From the IMG/VR virus record IMGVR_UViG_3300045988_077293: a DNA stretch of 26,793 bases; one strand, 5' to 3'. Numbering within the stretch: the stretch's first letter is position 1; each line of letters starts with the position of its first letter. The stretch is from a virus. Below are positions 15,296 to 23,284 of the stretch, one piece after another. Made by a program: the position numbers and the translations under genes. The notes beneath the pieces are model-generated. The model was not told the origin of the DNA, searched no databases, and saw only the letters and a program-made list of their open reading frames with translations.

Positions 15296-15315
15296 AATAA
15301 TAATATCTCCTTTGA

Positions 15316-15918
15316 TTAAAGATTTTTAAGCGACTGCTGTATATCGTCCCAATTCTTGTTTATTTCGTCGGGGGACATCTTTTCGATATCTTCGCGCGTA
15401 TATGCTTTTTTCTGCACCTGCGCGGGCGGAGTCGCAGTCTTTGCTCCGCGTGTCTGCTCGGTCACGATAAAGTCAGCCCATTCCGATTTAATCGAGTCCG
15501 TCAGTGCGTCGCCGTCCTTGATTTTGCCGTCCTCGTCAAGCTCTATGCCGTCAACGTTTGATACTTTGAGTATGCTGTCTATCCGCTTTTCCGAAACGCC
15601 GCACGCCTTTAACACATCGCGATAAGCCGCTAACTTTGCGCCGTGTGTTTCCTTTGCGGATATTTCAGCTTTATATTTTTCAAAGTCCTCTTTGACTGCG
15701 TCATACTTGACCTTGTAGCTGTCTTTTCCGTTCGCTTCGATTGTTTTGTTAGCTTCGCCGAGTTCCTTTTCTACCTCCGCCAACTTATCAGCGTCCGCTT
15801 TATATACGGTTATCTGCTCTTTGAGAGCATCAACAGTTTCTGCGTGCGCTTCGATTATGGTATCAATCTGTTCATCGCTGATACCCATTCCTTTGAGCAA
15901 TTTTCTTGTAAGTCCCAT
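15316..15918 (-). CDS. Scaffolding protein (GP20-type)
   Basis: ORF 15316-16170 trimmed to the ATG at 15918 (MGLTRKLLKGMGISDEQIDTIIEAHAETVDALKEQ), which has a GAAGGAGAG SD. The protein is coiled-coil rich. Promoter P4 lies inside the longer ORF version. Confidence 0.8.
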   Translation of the reverse strand: MGLTRKLLKGMGISDEQIDTIIEAHAETVDALKEQITVYKADADKLAEVEKELGEANKTIEANGKDSYKVKYDAVKEDFEKYKAEISAKETHGAKLAAYRDVLKACGVSEKRIDSILKVSNVDGIELDEDGKIKDGDALTDSIKSEWADFIVTEQTRGAKTATPPAQVQKKAYTREDIEKMSPDEINKNWDDIQQSLKNL

Positions 15919-15984
15919 TCGCTGCTCTCCTTCGTCGCGTATTCTTTCGCGTTCGCGTTTGCCGATTTCTCGGCTTCTGATTGC

Positions 15985-16013
15985 ATTATAGCACAAAGTG
16001 CATAAATTGTCAA
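15985..16013 (-). promoter_or_regulatory. Sigma-A type promoter P4 (TTGACA-17 nt-TATAAT, TGC extended -10) in front of the scaffold and capsid genes
   Basis: The minus strand reads TTGACAATTTATGCACTTTGTGCTATAAT. A GCCGA-GAAA-TCGGC stem-loop at 15974-15961 would lie at the 5' end of the transcript. Confidence 0.7.
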
Positions 16014-16048
16014 TACAATTTCTAACTAATGTAAATTTAACTTTGCAT

Positions 16049-16167
16049 TTAATTCTTTTCGGACTCCAAAGCCGCTTCAAGTATTGCTTTGTATTCGTCC
16101 GAATGCCGTGTTGCCGCGTGCAAAAGCATATGATGTGCTTTTTGTCGGCTCGTTCCGTTTTCAACAT
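16049..16167 (-). CDS. HK97 gp10-like (Mu G-like) head-tail protein, proposed exon 2
   Basis: Reading (U)AU GUU GAA AAC GGA ACG gives (Y)VENGTSRQKAHHMLLHAATRHSDEYKAILEAALESEKN, with a TAA stop at 16051-16049. This supplies the missing family C-terminus. Confidence 0.65.
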
Positions 16168-16418
16168 CATTTTGTTATCGCAAAGCTTTTTATCTTTGCT
16201 TCTTGTAGTTGCTAACTACAAGTTCGGCGTACATTATCGCATTTCTGCGCCAAGCACTCTTGGGGGCTTTATTGCTTCCATAACGCTCAGCCCCTACGCT
16301 CTACAATGTCAGCGGTCTGCTGATTATCTCGGTGTTGCCCATTGATAAACAATTCCACGTTAGTGTCAAGCAGGTTTTCACCGATTTTGCTCGGTTTACC
16401 CTCCGCATATTAAAGTTT
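16168..16418 (-). ncRNA. Putative ORF-less group I self-splicing intron (251 nt)
   Basis: The 5' exon ends in U. P1 pairs exon CUCCGU with intron GCGGAG and places a U.G wobble at the splice site. P10 pairs intron AUAU (extendable to UUUAAUAU) with exon 2 AUGU(UGAAA). The intron ends in G. It is dense in hairpins, including a GAAA tetraloop. Confidence 0.65.
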
Positions 16419-16626
16419 ACGGAGCATAATATACATTCGTACCGATATAAGCATCGTGTCCTTTGACGGCGTGAGACATACTGTTGCGCAAACGTCCTGT
16501 GTCAACGGGCGTTTCCGCCTTTGTATGACTTTCTGCCACTTCTCCCATTGTCTCAAGGGCTTTTGCCGTTGCCCGCTCTAACTGTTTGAGCGTCAATCCG
16601 CTGTTGTCCTCAAATGTTATCTTCAC
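16419..16626 (-). CDS. HK97 gp10-like (Mu G-like) head-tail protein, proposed exon 1
   Basis: GTG start overlapping the upstream TGA, with an AAGGAG SD. AETPVDTGRLRNSMSHAVKGHDAYIGTNVYYAP fits the gp10 family. The unspliced ORF stops at 16417 inside the conserved YAPYVE.GT motif. Confidence 0.75.
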
Positions 16627-17606
16627 GTTTTCGCTCCTTTCTTCGCCTGTGTCGGCTTCTGCGATATTTTGACAACATCGCCGTTCGCTTTTCTAAACCC
16701 CACAACTTCATAAACAAGAGTGCAGCGGCAATTATAAACCATTGCAGGGTCTGCGTTCGGGTCTCCCGGATATTCTATCGTGTATGTAACGACGTGTGGG
16801 TGCTTTTTGCCCTCAATTACCGTAACAACAAACTTTTCGTCCCGCTCTTTCGTTTGACCGTTCAAAAGCCTGTGCGCGTCTCTCGTCCGATTATCGTGCG
16901 CGGACAGCCATTTCTTTTTCGTGACTATCCCATTTTTGTCTGCGGTTTCGAGCATATCTATTCGCCCTTTGTTCTCGGCAGATGTAACCATTGTGCGGGC
17001 GTTTCTGATTGCGGAATCCCTGTTCATATCCTCAACCGCTTTCAATCTCTTTGCGATTTTTGGTATGCTTTCGCCCTGCAATATCCCCTGTATCACTTCC
17101 GCATTTATCCGCTTAGTGTTCCACCGCTCGTCTTTCTTCCCGTTGACTTGTTTGTATGGTAAAAGCGTCTTGTCTTTTGTCGCAAGGTTTTTAACGGTGT
17201 GTTGGTCTACCAATTCAAAAGATATGCCCCCTAAACCGTCCATATCGCCCGCTATGGCGTTGTAATTGAGAGAGTATATCGGGGGAAGCTCCCCGTTTAT
17301 ATACGCCACAGCCGTTTTATTTACGTTTGTGAGCTGTTCTGCTGTTTGCTCCACCATACGTTTATAACGGCTTGTTTTATATACAGAGTTGCGGAGAAAG
17401 TCTCTGTATGCTTTCTCCGCTTTTTCTCTTTCCTCGCCCTCGGCATTAAGTATCGCTTTTTGGAGCTTCGCCGCTTTGTCCTTGAATTTGTCAAGATATT
17501 TGTCCCATTCTGCACGGATTTCTTTGTCGGCTCTTGTGTATATTTCCGTGAGTTTCTTTTCTATCTTCTCGAGGACAGCGTCCGTCTCTCTATGCGCTTT
17601 ATCCAT
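16623..17606 (-). CDS. Head morphogenesis protein, SPP1 gp7 / Mu F-like
   Basis: IRNARTMVTSAENKGRIDML...KKKWLSAHDNRTRDAHRLLNGQTKERDEKF...YPGDPNADPAMVYNCRCTL matches the Phage_Mu_F signature. Confidence 0.9.
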   Translation of the reverse strand: MDKAHRETDAVLEKIEKKLTEIYTRADKEIRAEWDKYLDKFKDKAAKLQKAILNAEGEEREKAEKAYRDFLRNSVYKTSRYKRMVEQTAEQLTNVNKTAVAYINGELPPIYSLNYNAIAGDMDGLGGISFELVDQHTVKNLATKDKTLLPYKQVNGKKDERWNTKRINAEVIQGILQGESIPKIAKRLKAVEDMNRDSAIRNARTMVTSAENKGRIDMLETADKNGIVTKKKWLSAHDNRTRDAHRLLNGQTKERDEKFVVTVIEGKKHPHVVTYTIEYPGDPNADPAMVYNCRCTLVYEVVGFRKANGDVVKISQKPTQAKKGAKT

Positions 17607-17635
17607 TTTTATCTACTCTGCCTTTCAACTCGCCG

Positions 17636-17812
17636 TTAGCGTATCGTGCACGTCAACAGCATATCGGGGATAAGAGCCACACCGTCTTTTACATCAACGT
17701 CAAAAGAACGTCCTAGCTGTTTATTTGAAAAATGCACCTGTGCGCTATCCGCCGTTACGCTTCGTCCTGTGTCCCATTGAAAAAGCGTTGTTCTTTCGTC
17801 TGTTAGTTTCAT
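17636..17812 (-). CDS. Small ORF (58 aa) between the portal and MuF-like genes
   Basis: The ATG at 17812-17810 overlaps the portal TGA as ATGA. My translation is MKLTDERTTLFQWDTGRSVTADSAQVHFSNKQLGRSFDVDVKDGVALIPDMLLTCTIR. It fills an otherwise empty 200-nt gap. Confidence 0.45.
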   Translation of the reverse strand: MKLTDERTTLFQWDTGRSVTADSAQVHFSNKQLGRSFDVDVKDGVALIPDMLLTCTIR

Positions 17813-19149
17813 TCTGCCACCTCATATCTGCTTTGTTCTTCCGTTCTGCGTTTTCTGATTATTTCGTCCGTTTTATCAGCTATGCCGAGTATTTGGCAGA
17901 CTTGCTCGACGATCGTTTCGTCGTCAAGGTACGCCTGAGCCGCAAGCAATGTGTTTATCTCGTCGGATTTGTTAATAACTTTGGAACGTGTGAATGTGAC
18001 TTTATCGTCTATTCCCGCAAGTTCGAGAATTTTCTGCACAAACTCAATAACGCAATATTCGTACATATCGCATTTGCTATCGAGCGGCTGGTATGCGGCT
18101 TTAATCTCTGTGGCTGTTTTATTTGCCGCCGAAAGGGAATTTACATCAAGGCACATAAAGTCCTCATACAGCCGTCTCTGTATCGTCTGAATGGCACTCT
18201 CGCTTGCCTGATACGGCGCTTCTATCGTGTGCGCTTCCGCTGTTGCTCCGCTGTCGCCGTCCGCGTGCGCAACGTGCGTTGTTTTCAACTGCTCAATAAA
18301 CTTCGCGTCGTCCATCTCGTCCATTCCCCCGCAGTTCGTGAGAACCCAATAAATGTAGTTCGCCTCGTCAAGGTTGTTCACAAGGTTGCTGTTCAGGAGG
18401 TCGAAAGCGTCAAGCGTTCCCTGCCTGCCGACAAGCTCCGACTGCTTTTTATCATTTCCCCAAAGCGGGACTATCGGGAACGTCGGGTAATTCTCGCCGT
18501 CGTATATCTCCTCGCCGTCCGCTTCTGATGTGCGCACTTTGAGTTTATAAGGTCGTTTTTCGTGGAGTATTGCGCTTTCGTCGTTCGCCCTTAGATAATC
18601 CGTGTATCCGTCCTCTTCGTACAACGTCGCCCTCATAGGTTTATCAGGCGATACTTGCCAAAATCTTATGCCCGCTCTCAATGCGCCGTTTTCTTCGTCA
18701 TAAAGCGGAACGAATTCCAACAGCGAAAAAGTGTCGATGTGGTCAAGGTTGAAAAATCCGAACGCCACTCCGCCGACAAGTGCCTTTTTCCCCAAGTCCT
18801 GCAACTGTGTGTCGAAGTCATTCCCAAGCTTTGCCTTTGTATCGTCTTTTGTAAATGTTGCACCGTTGCCGAGTAAGTATTGATTTTCCTGCGTTATCGC
18901 AAAATTTAAAAAGTTTGACGCTATTTTATGGTTCGGTGTCCATTTGTCAACGTGCGCGTCGCCCCGCATATCATAGATAATTTTTTCGTACTTCGTTATG
19001 CGCGGGTTTAGTCCCCTGTAATATTGCTCTGCGTCAAGAGCGATAATATAAGGCTCAGTGCCTTTGTGTTCGGTAATGGCGGCAAAAACAAACGCCATTT
19101 TTGCGGCTTCGTTTTTGCTTGCCGCAATTAAGTCCTGATAGCTCTTCAT
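17809..19149 (-). CDS. Portal protein (SPP1 gp6-like)
   Basis: 446 aa, directly after TerL. Contains typical portal segments (NHKIASNFLNFAITQENQYLLGNG..., FPIVPLWGNDKKQSEL..., ATEIKAAYQPLDSK). Confidence 0.9.
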   Translation of the reverse strand: MKSYQDLIAASKNEAAKMAFVFAAITEHKGTEPYIIALDAEQYYRGLNPRITKYEKIIYDMRGDAHVDKWTPNHKIASNFLNFAITQENQYLLGNGATFTKDDTKAKLGNDFDTQLQDLGKKALVGGVAFGFFNLDHIDTFSLLEFVPLYDEENGALRAGIRFWQVSPDKPMRATLYEEDGYTDYLRANDESAILHEKRPYKLKVRTSEADGEEIYDGENYPTFPIVPLWGNDKKQSELVGRQGTLDAFDLLNSNLVNNLDEANYIYWVLTNCGGMDEMDDAKFIEQLKTTHVAHADGDSGATAEAHTIEAPYQASESAIQTIQRRLYEDFMCLDVNSLSAANKTATEIKAAYQPLDSKCDMYEYCVIEFVQKILELAGIDDKVTFTRSKVINKSDEINTLLAAQAYLDDETIVEQVCQILGIADKTDEIIRKRRTEEQSRYEVAE

Positions 19150-19153
19150 TCGT

Positions 19154-20416
19154 TCACCCCTTAAGTATAGATTGATAATCGCCGTTCTTCTTCCAAAGTC
19201 TGCGGATTTGGCACGACAAGCTGTCGGGCGCGTCGTCGTGTTCCGCGTTTTCGTTGTAGTTGCAAACTTGCTCTATATATTCTTTGTCGGTATCCTCAAC
19301 AAAGTATATATTCTTCCATTCGGCTTTCAGATAGGACGTTATTTTGAGATATTTATTCATATTCTCGTGATAAATAACTACACGTTCGCCCCTGCGCCGT
19401 AATTCCTTACCTAGATATCCTTTGTCTCCGTTGTCCTCAACGAATATCTTCCCCGCATTAAACCGAGCGTGTAACGCTTGTATTTCGTCGAGACAATCGT
19501 CGACGTGTTTGTTCCATAGCTTGCCGAGTACATAATAAACATCGCCGTCTTTCCTGACAAGCGTGTATGCCGTAAGGTCGCTCCCTCCATATGCCGCGTC
19601 TATATGTCCGTCGCCTTGTTCCACAAGATATGAACCTGCGCCCGTGTGCGGATTTGAGAATATAACAGCCTCCGCCGCAATATGCCGCAACTCGTAGTTG
19701 CACGCAAACAGAGAAGCCGTCATACTTTCCTTGACTTCGGCAACGTCCTCTTCTGTCATCAGTCCCGTTGAGTAGCAGTCCCACTTTTCGGGAGAGGGCA
19801 TAATTGAAAAGCAGTCATCGGCGTGCCACGGCGTTCCCGTGTTGAAAATCCGCCCGCCCCTGTTCTTGATGTTCTGCAACTCCTGATATACAGTTTTTGT
19901 CCGCTCTCGCTCCGCCTTTGATATTCGGTCGTTGACGTTGACAATATCGTCTGTAAAAATCCTGTCAAAGTGCTTTCCCGTCAGAGAGCCGCCGCAACCC
20001 GCTCCGATAAGCTGTGCCGTTCCTCTTATGTCTATTGACAGGTTTGTCGTCAGCTCCGTCGCATTTTCAGTCGCAAGCCTTAAATTAACGCCATAAATAC
20101 ACTGCACAAAATACAGTGTGTGCGGGTCTTGCAGGATTTTTGACGTCTGCTTGATAATCTCTTTAACGTCGTTGTCGGTCTTTCGCATAAACATTGTGCG
20201 CTTGTTCGGGAGAAGAATAATAATTATTGCCAAAGCCAACGACACGCACGTTGTCTTATAAGAGCCTCTGTGCGCCTGCAGCGTCTTATCATCCTTGCCG
20301 ACAATCATATCCCTTATCCATTTGTTGTGAAGCTCCGTCAGCTTCGTAAACCCGAGCATATGCCCCAGTTTATACGGAGACGTTAAAAGAAAATTGACCG
20401 CCTGTTCGCGCGTCAT
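19154..20416 (-). CDS. terL: Terminase large subunit
   Basis: Trimmed to the ATG at 20416, an ATGA overlap with the upstream stop (MTREQAVNFLL). Walker A-like HRGSYKTT, Walker B RIFTDD, and GTPWH. The nuclease half has IDAAYGGSDLTA, VEDNGDKG and HDDAPDS. Confidence 0.95.
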   Translation of the reverse strand: MTREQAVNFLLTSPYKLGHMLGFTKLTELHNKWIRDMIVGKDDKTLQAHRGSYKTTCVSLALAIIIILLPNKRTMFMRKTDNDVKEIIKQTSKILQDPHTLYFVQCIYGVNLRLATENATELTTNLSIDIRGTAQLIGAGCGGSLTGKHFDRIFTDDIVNVNDRISKAERERTKTVYQELQNIKNRGGRIFNTGTPWHADDCFSIMPSPEKWDCYSTGLMTEEDVAEVKESMTASLFACNYELRHIAAEAVIFSNPHTGAGSYLVEQGDGHIDAAYGGSDLTAYTLVRKDGDVYYVLGKLWNKHVDDCLDEIQALHARFNAGKIFVEDNGDKGYLGKELRRRGERVVIYHENMNKYLKITSYLKAEWKNIYFVEDTDKEYIEQVCNYNENAEHDDAPDSLSCQIRRLWKKNGDYQSILKG

Positions 20417-21480
20417 ACATAATACACCGCCTTTAACCTTGACGGCAACCATTCAAACATCATAAACCGCTTATGCGCTCCAATGTAGCCTTCGCTGTTG
20501 CCCCAAGCATCGTCAGGTTTCGCCGTGCTTGTGCGCCTTATCATAACCCCGTATAAGTCGCTCTCGCTCTCACAGTGCAAATGCCCTGCGTGTATCTCGC
20601 GCACGTCGCTGTCTGCAAACTCTGTCGGAAAGCGTATTGTAAACTGCCCCCGAAGGTCTCTCGGCTCTCTTTTCGCGCCTTCGCCGTGTGTCACGCCAAT
20701 GAAACATCTACGCCAATGTATGCACTTTCTGTCTCGGAACGTGTCATCAAAATGCGCCTGAGGAAAAGCCACTTGCAACGCCTTGAATAGACACCACGAG
20801 GAGCATTCATCGTGATTTCCCTTTGAGTAAATAACATTTACCTTTTGCGAGTGTTCTAAACAAGCGGGGATGACGTTCTGCCAAAAGTTCCACGCGTCTT
20901 CCCATGCGTTCCGGAAGTCCGCCGCTTCAATACTCGTTCCCTTTGCCGTATGACCGCGCATATCGTTCGTGTGGAGCATATCTTGACCGAATATGATATT
21001 TATCTCGTCATATGCTTTCGCTTCGATAATGCCCTTTATTTCGCGCGTCTGCTGTGTGTAGTCTTCAAGGCTTGCAATTCCGAAGTGCATATCGAAGAGC
21101 GGGATTTCAAGCATTGTGTCGCCGCCTATTTCGCAAGCGTCTATTTTGAGCGGCTGAACGTTTTCTCGGATAAAGTCCTTTATGTCGTCCCAATTGACGT
21201 CCTCTGCTTTTTGCTTAATCCACGCTTGTGTTATTTCTCCGTTTCCGTTCACTTGCACCGTTGCGCCGTGAGCTGTAAATCCTCCGTATGTTCCACTCTC
21301 CAAGGTTACGCCGTCCGCCATTTGCTTATTACGCCAATATCGAAGCTTCCTCGCAAACGTCGAAAACGACATACTGTCCCCGTGTTCGGGGGCAAATATG
21401 CCGTTATAAATTTCTCTTGCGGTTTTTCCAGTGTATGACTCTTTAACGCATCGCACTTTAAGGTCGTAGGGTATAATCAT
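20413..21480 (-). CDS. Calcineurin-like metallophosphoesterase with an N-terminal HTH-like domain, inside the packaging module
   Basis: Motifs in order: LFDMHFG (DxH), FGQDMLH, SKGNHDE (GNHD/E), GVTHGE and HAGHLHCE (GHxH). The N-terminus VKESYTGKTAREIYNGIF is HTH-like. The gene is translationally coupled to terL. Confidence 0.75.
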   Translation of the reverse strand: MIIPYDLKVRCVKESYTGKTAREIYNGIFAPEHGDSMSFSTFARKLRYWRNKQMADGVTLESGTYGGFTAHGATVQVNGNGEITQAWIKQKAEDVNWDDIKDFIRENVQPLKIDACEIGGDTMLEIPLFDMHFGIASLEDYTQQTREIKGIIEAKAYDEINIIFGQDMLHTNDMRGHTAKGTSIEAADFRNAWEDAWNFWQNVIPACLEHSQKVNVIYSKGNHDECSSWCLFKALQVAFPQAHFDDTFRDRKCIHWRRCFIGVTHGEGAKREPRDLRGQFTIRFPTEFADSDVREIHAGHLHCESESDLYGVMIRRTSTAKPDDAWGNSEGYIGAHKRFMMFEWLPSRLKAVYYV

Positions 21481-21562
21481 TGTTTCGCCCTTTCTATAAG
21501 TTTATCGATGTACCATTTTGCCTTTTCCAACGACTGCGCCTGCATTGTAATGTTCAGGGTGT

Positions 21563-21922
21563 TCAATGTTGCTCATCGTTTACCATCCTTTCAACATCAT
21601 CAATAACAGACTGCTCGACTTCTGCAACCATTACTTTTTCAACAGGCTTTTCGCCCGCCGTATCTCGGAGGACTTCAAACGCCTTTACATCGCCTTTCAT
21701 CGCCTTTTTCATCAGCGTGACAGCCAACGCCTCGCTTCCTGTAAGCGTTTTTCCTTCCGACGTGTACTCTTTTGCAAGCAGTTCATCGATGCATTCACGC
21801 AGTAATTTCTTGCGCTTCCTGCTTTCAGCAGAAGCCTTTCCTCCTGCTTTTTGGTCGTCAAGCGTTAATTTGTGTTCATTCGGAATTTTGCTACGCTCTT
21901 CTGCCAAACCTTTCACCCCCAA
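21563..21922 (-). CDS. Candidate small terminase / DNA-binding protein (positional call)
   Basis: ~115 aa with a basic N-terminus (GGKASAESRKRKKLL), then MKKAMKGDVKAFEVLRDTAGEKP. The start is ambiguous: TTG 21922, GTG 21916 or TTG 21907. Confidence 0.35.
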   Translation of the reverse strand: MGVKGLAEERSKIPNEHKLTLDDQKAGGKASAESRKRKKLLRECIDELLAKEYTSEGKTLTGSEALAVTLMKKAMKGDVKAFEVLRDTAGEKPVEKVMVAEVEQSVIDDVERMVNDEQH

Positions 21923-22468
21923 TCAATTTGCGAAATCAAAAATAGACACTTGTCTGTTTTGCAACGCCTCCTGTTCTTCTCTGAAAAAATCTTCTTTTGT
22001 TTTTCCGGCTCTTTTCCCTTTAAGAGTGTGGCAATCGAAAACGTATTGTGGAATTTCCATTTTTTCTTTTCTTACTTCCTCAAACTCTTGTTCAATCATA
22101 TCATCGGTCAGACCTTTATAAGCGTCATATACATAATTGCTCAATAAGTCTGCGTCTCTGTTGTGTTTTGCCAAGCAAAGAAGAATTACAGCCTTTGAGA
22201 TGAAAACCCTGCCTTTCAATTCATCGGCTTTTTTCCCTTTGTTGATGACGTGGAACGCTTCATAAAGAGACATAATCTCCTTTGTTATCACGCCGTAACA
22301 ATCTTCGGCTGAGATTGTCAGCAACCTCTTCCAACAATATTCCGAATACTTCGGAAAAAGTTCCAACGCCATATAGCCCGCAAGTTTAACGTCGCCTCGT
22401 CTGATTGATTTTTGCAAAGCACTTGCAACCTCATAAAAATCATACCCTCTTTGTGTGAAAAGTTTCAT
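21923..22468 (-). CDS. Stand-alone RarA/MgsA C-terminal-domain-like protein (no AAA+ module)
   Basis: FYEVASALQKSIRRGDVKLAGYMALELF...WKRLLTISAEDCYGV...ISKAVILLCLAKHNRDA...IPQYVFDCHTLKGKRAGKT parallels the HYD.ISA..KS.RGSD...A.YWL..M / SEDIG / KSNA / VP.HLR pattern of MgsA_C. Confidence 0.55.
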   Translation of the reverse strand: MKLFTQRGYDFYEVASALQKSIRRGDVKLAGYMALELFPKYSEYCWKRLLTISAEDCYGVITKEIMSLYEAFHVINKGKKADELKGRVFISKAVILLCLAKHNRDADLLSNYVYDAYKGLTDDMIEQEFEEVRKEKMEIPQYVFDCHTLKGKRAGKTKEDFFREEQEALQNRQVSIFDFAN

Positions 22469-22504
22469 ATAATTATTCCTCCTTCGAGCTTCTGCTCTAT
22501 GTTA

Positions 22505-22533
22505 ATTATATCACATTGTTTCACTTTCGTCAA
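22505..22533 (-). promoter_or_regulatory. Sigma-A type promoter P5 (TTGACG-17 nt-TATAAT, TGTGA extended -10)
   Basis: The minus strand reads TTGACGAAAGTGAAACAATGTGATATAAT with AAATTTTTCAAAAAACTC upstream. Confidence 0.75.
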
Positions 22534-22549
22534 GAGTTTTTTGAAAAAT

Positions 22550-23284
22550 TTATTTTCTTTTTTTATCGTTGTTATAACGAATTATACCGTTCATAAAATC
22601 ATTACCTTGAATTGCGGCGCAAACTGTATCCTTGTTCAAACAGTGGCTGTCCCAGTACGGCTTTTCTTCATATACGAAAGTGTGGGAAGAGCCGCAACGC
22701 TCATCGAGAATAAATCCCTCTCTAACACTTTCATAAGAACAGTTATATTTTTTACACATTTCATAAAAGGAATTACAGAACGAAACTTTTGTCGCAAGGA
22801 AACAGTTTTCCATCAGTTTAACCATTTCAGCTTCCGACGATTTCATTTTCAAAAATCTGTGTCTGCCGTCGTACACTTTTTGCAAAAGCTGTATAACTTT
22901 GTCGCAAGTCTTTTCACACCCCCCTAAAATCGTAAAATCAAACTTGAAATTGTTGCAATGCTGTGTTCCTCCGTAATACTCGGGAGAAAAAAAAATATTT
23001 TCTTTCCCGAGCGAATTAACAAAGCCTATCGGGACTGTGGATTTTACAACATAAATTTCGCAATCGTTTTCGTTTATTGCATTAACAACTTCGCTTGTGT
23101 CAAACAATTCTTTTTCCTTGTCATAAGGCGTGTCTACACAAACAAATCCGAACTTGTATTTTTCCTTTTTCTTTGTCGTTTTTTCCTTTTTGTATTTGTC
23201 AACAACATCGGGAGTTAATACTGAAAGCTCTTTTAACAGATTGTTTCCGACAACTCCGCAGCCGATTATTAAAACATCACTCAT
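22550..23284 (-). CDS. UDP-glucose/GDP-mannose dehydrogenase-family protein lacking the C-terminal nucleotide-sugar-binding domain
   Basis: IIGCGVVG (GxGxxG), FVCVDTP, VVKSTVPIG, FSPEYYGG, SEAEMVKLMENCFLATKVSFCNSF, and the catalytic-Cys region WDSHCLNKD. The protein ends about 30 aa later, at 244 aa. Confidence 0.7.
   Translation of the reverse strand: MSDVLIIGCGVVGNNLLKELSVLTPDVVDKYKKEKTTKKKEKYKFGFVCVDTPYDKEKELFDTSEVVNAINENDCEIYVVKSTVPIGFVNSLGKENIFFSPEYYGGTQHCNNFKFDFTILGGCEKTCDKVIQLLQKVYDGRHRFLKMKSSEAEMVKLMENCFLATKVSFCNSFYEMCKKYNCSYESVREGFILDERCGSSHTFVYEEKPYWDSHCLNKDTVCAAIQGNDFMNGIIRYNNDKKRK

Noticed and set aside
15919-16170. N-terminal extension of ORF 15316-16170 (MMLKTERADKKHIICF...), which would make a 284-aa scaffold protein
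   Set aside because: The extension reads through promoter P4 and through gp10 exon 2 in the wrong frame. It has no SD and an implausible composition. The scaffold motif starts at the ATG at 15918, which has a good SD.
21481-21562. Possible 22-codon ORF (MQAQSLEKAKWYIDKLIERAKQ) ending in an ATGA overlap with the metallophosphoesterase start
   Set aside because: There is no SD upstream of its ATG, and it is too short to evaluate. I treat it as an untranslated spacer.
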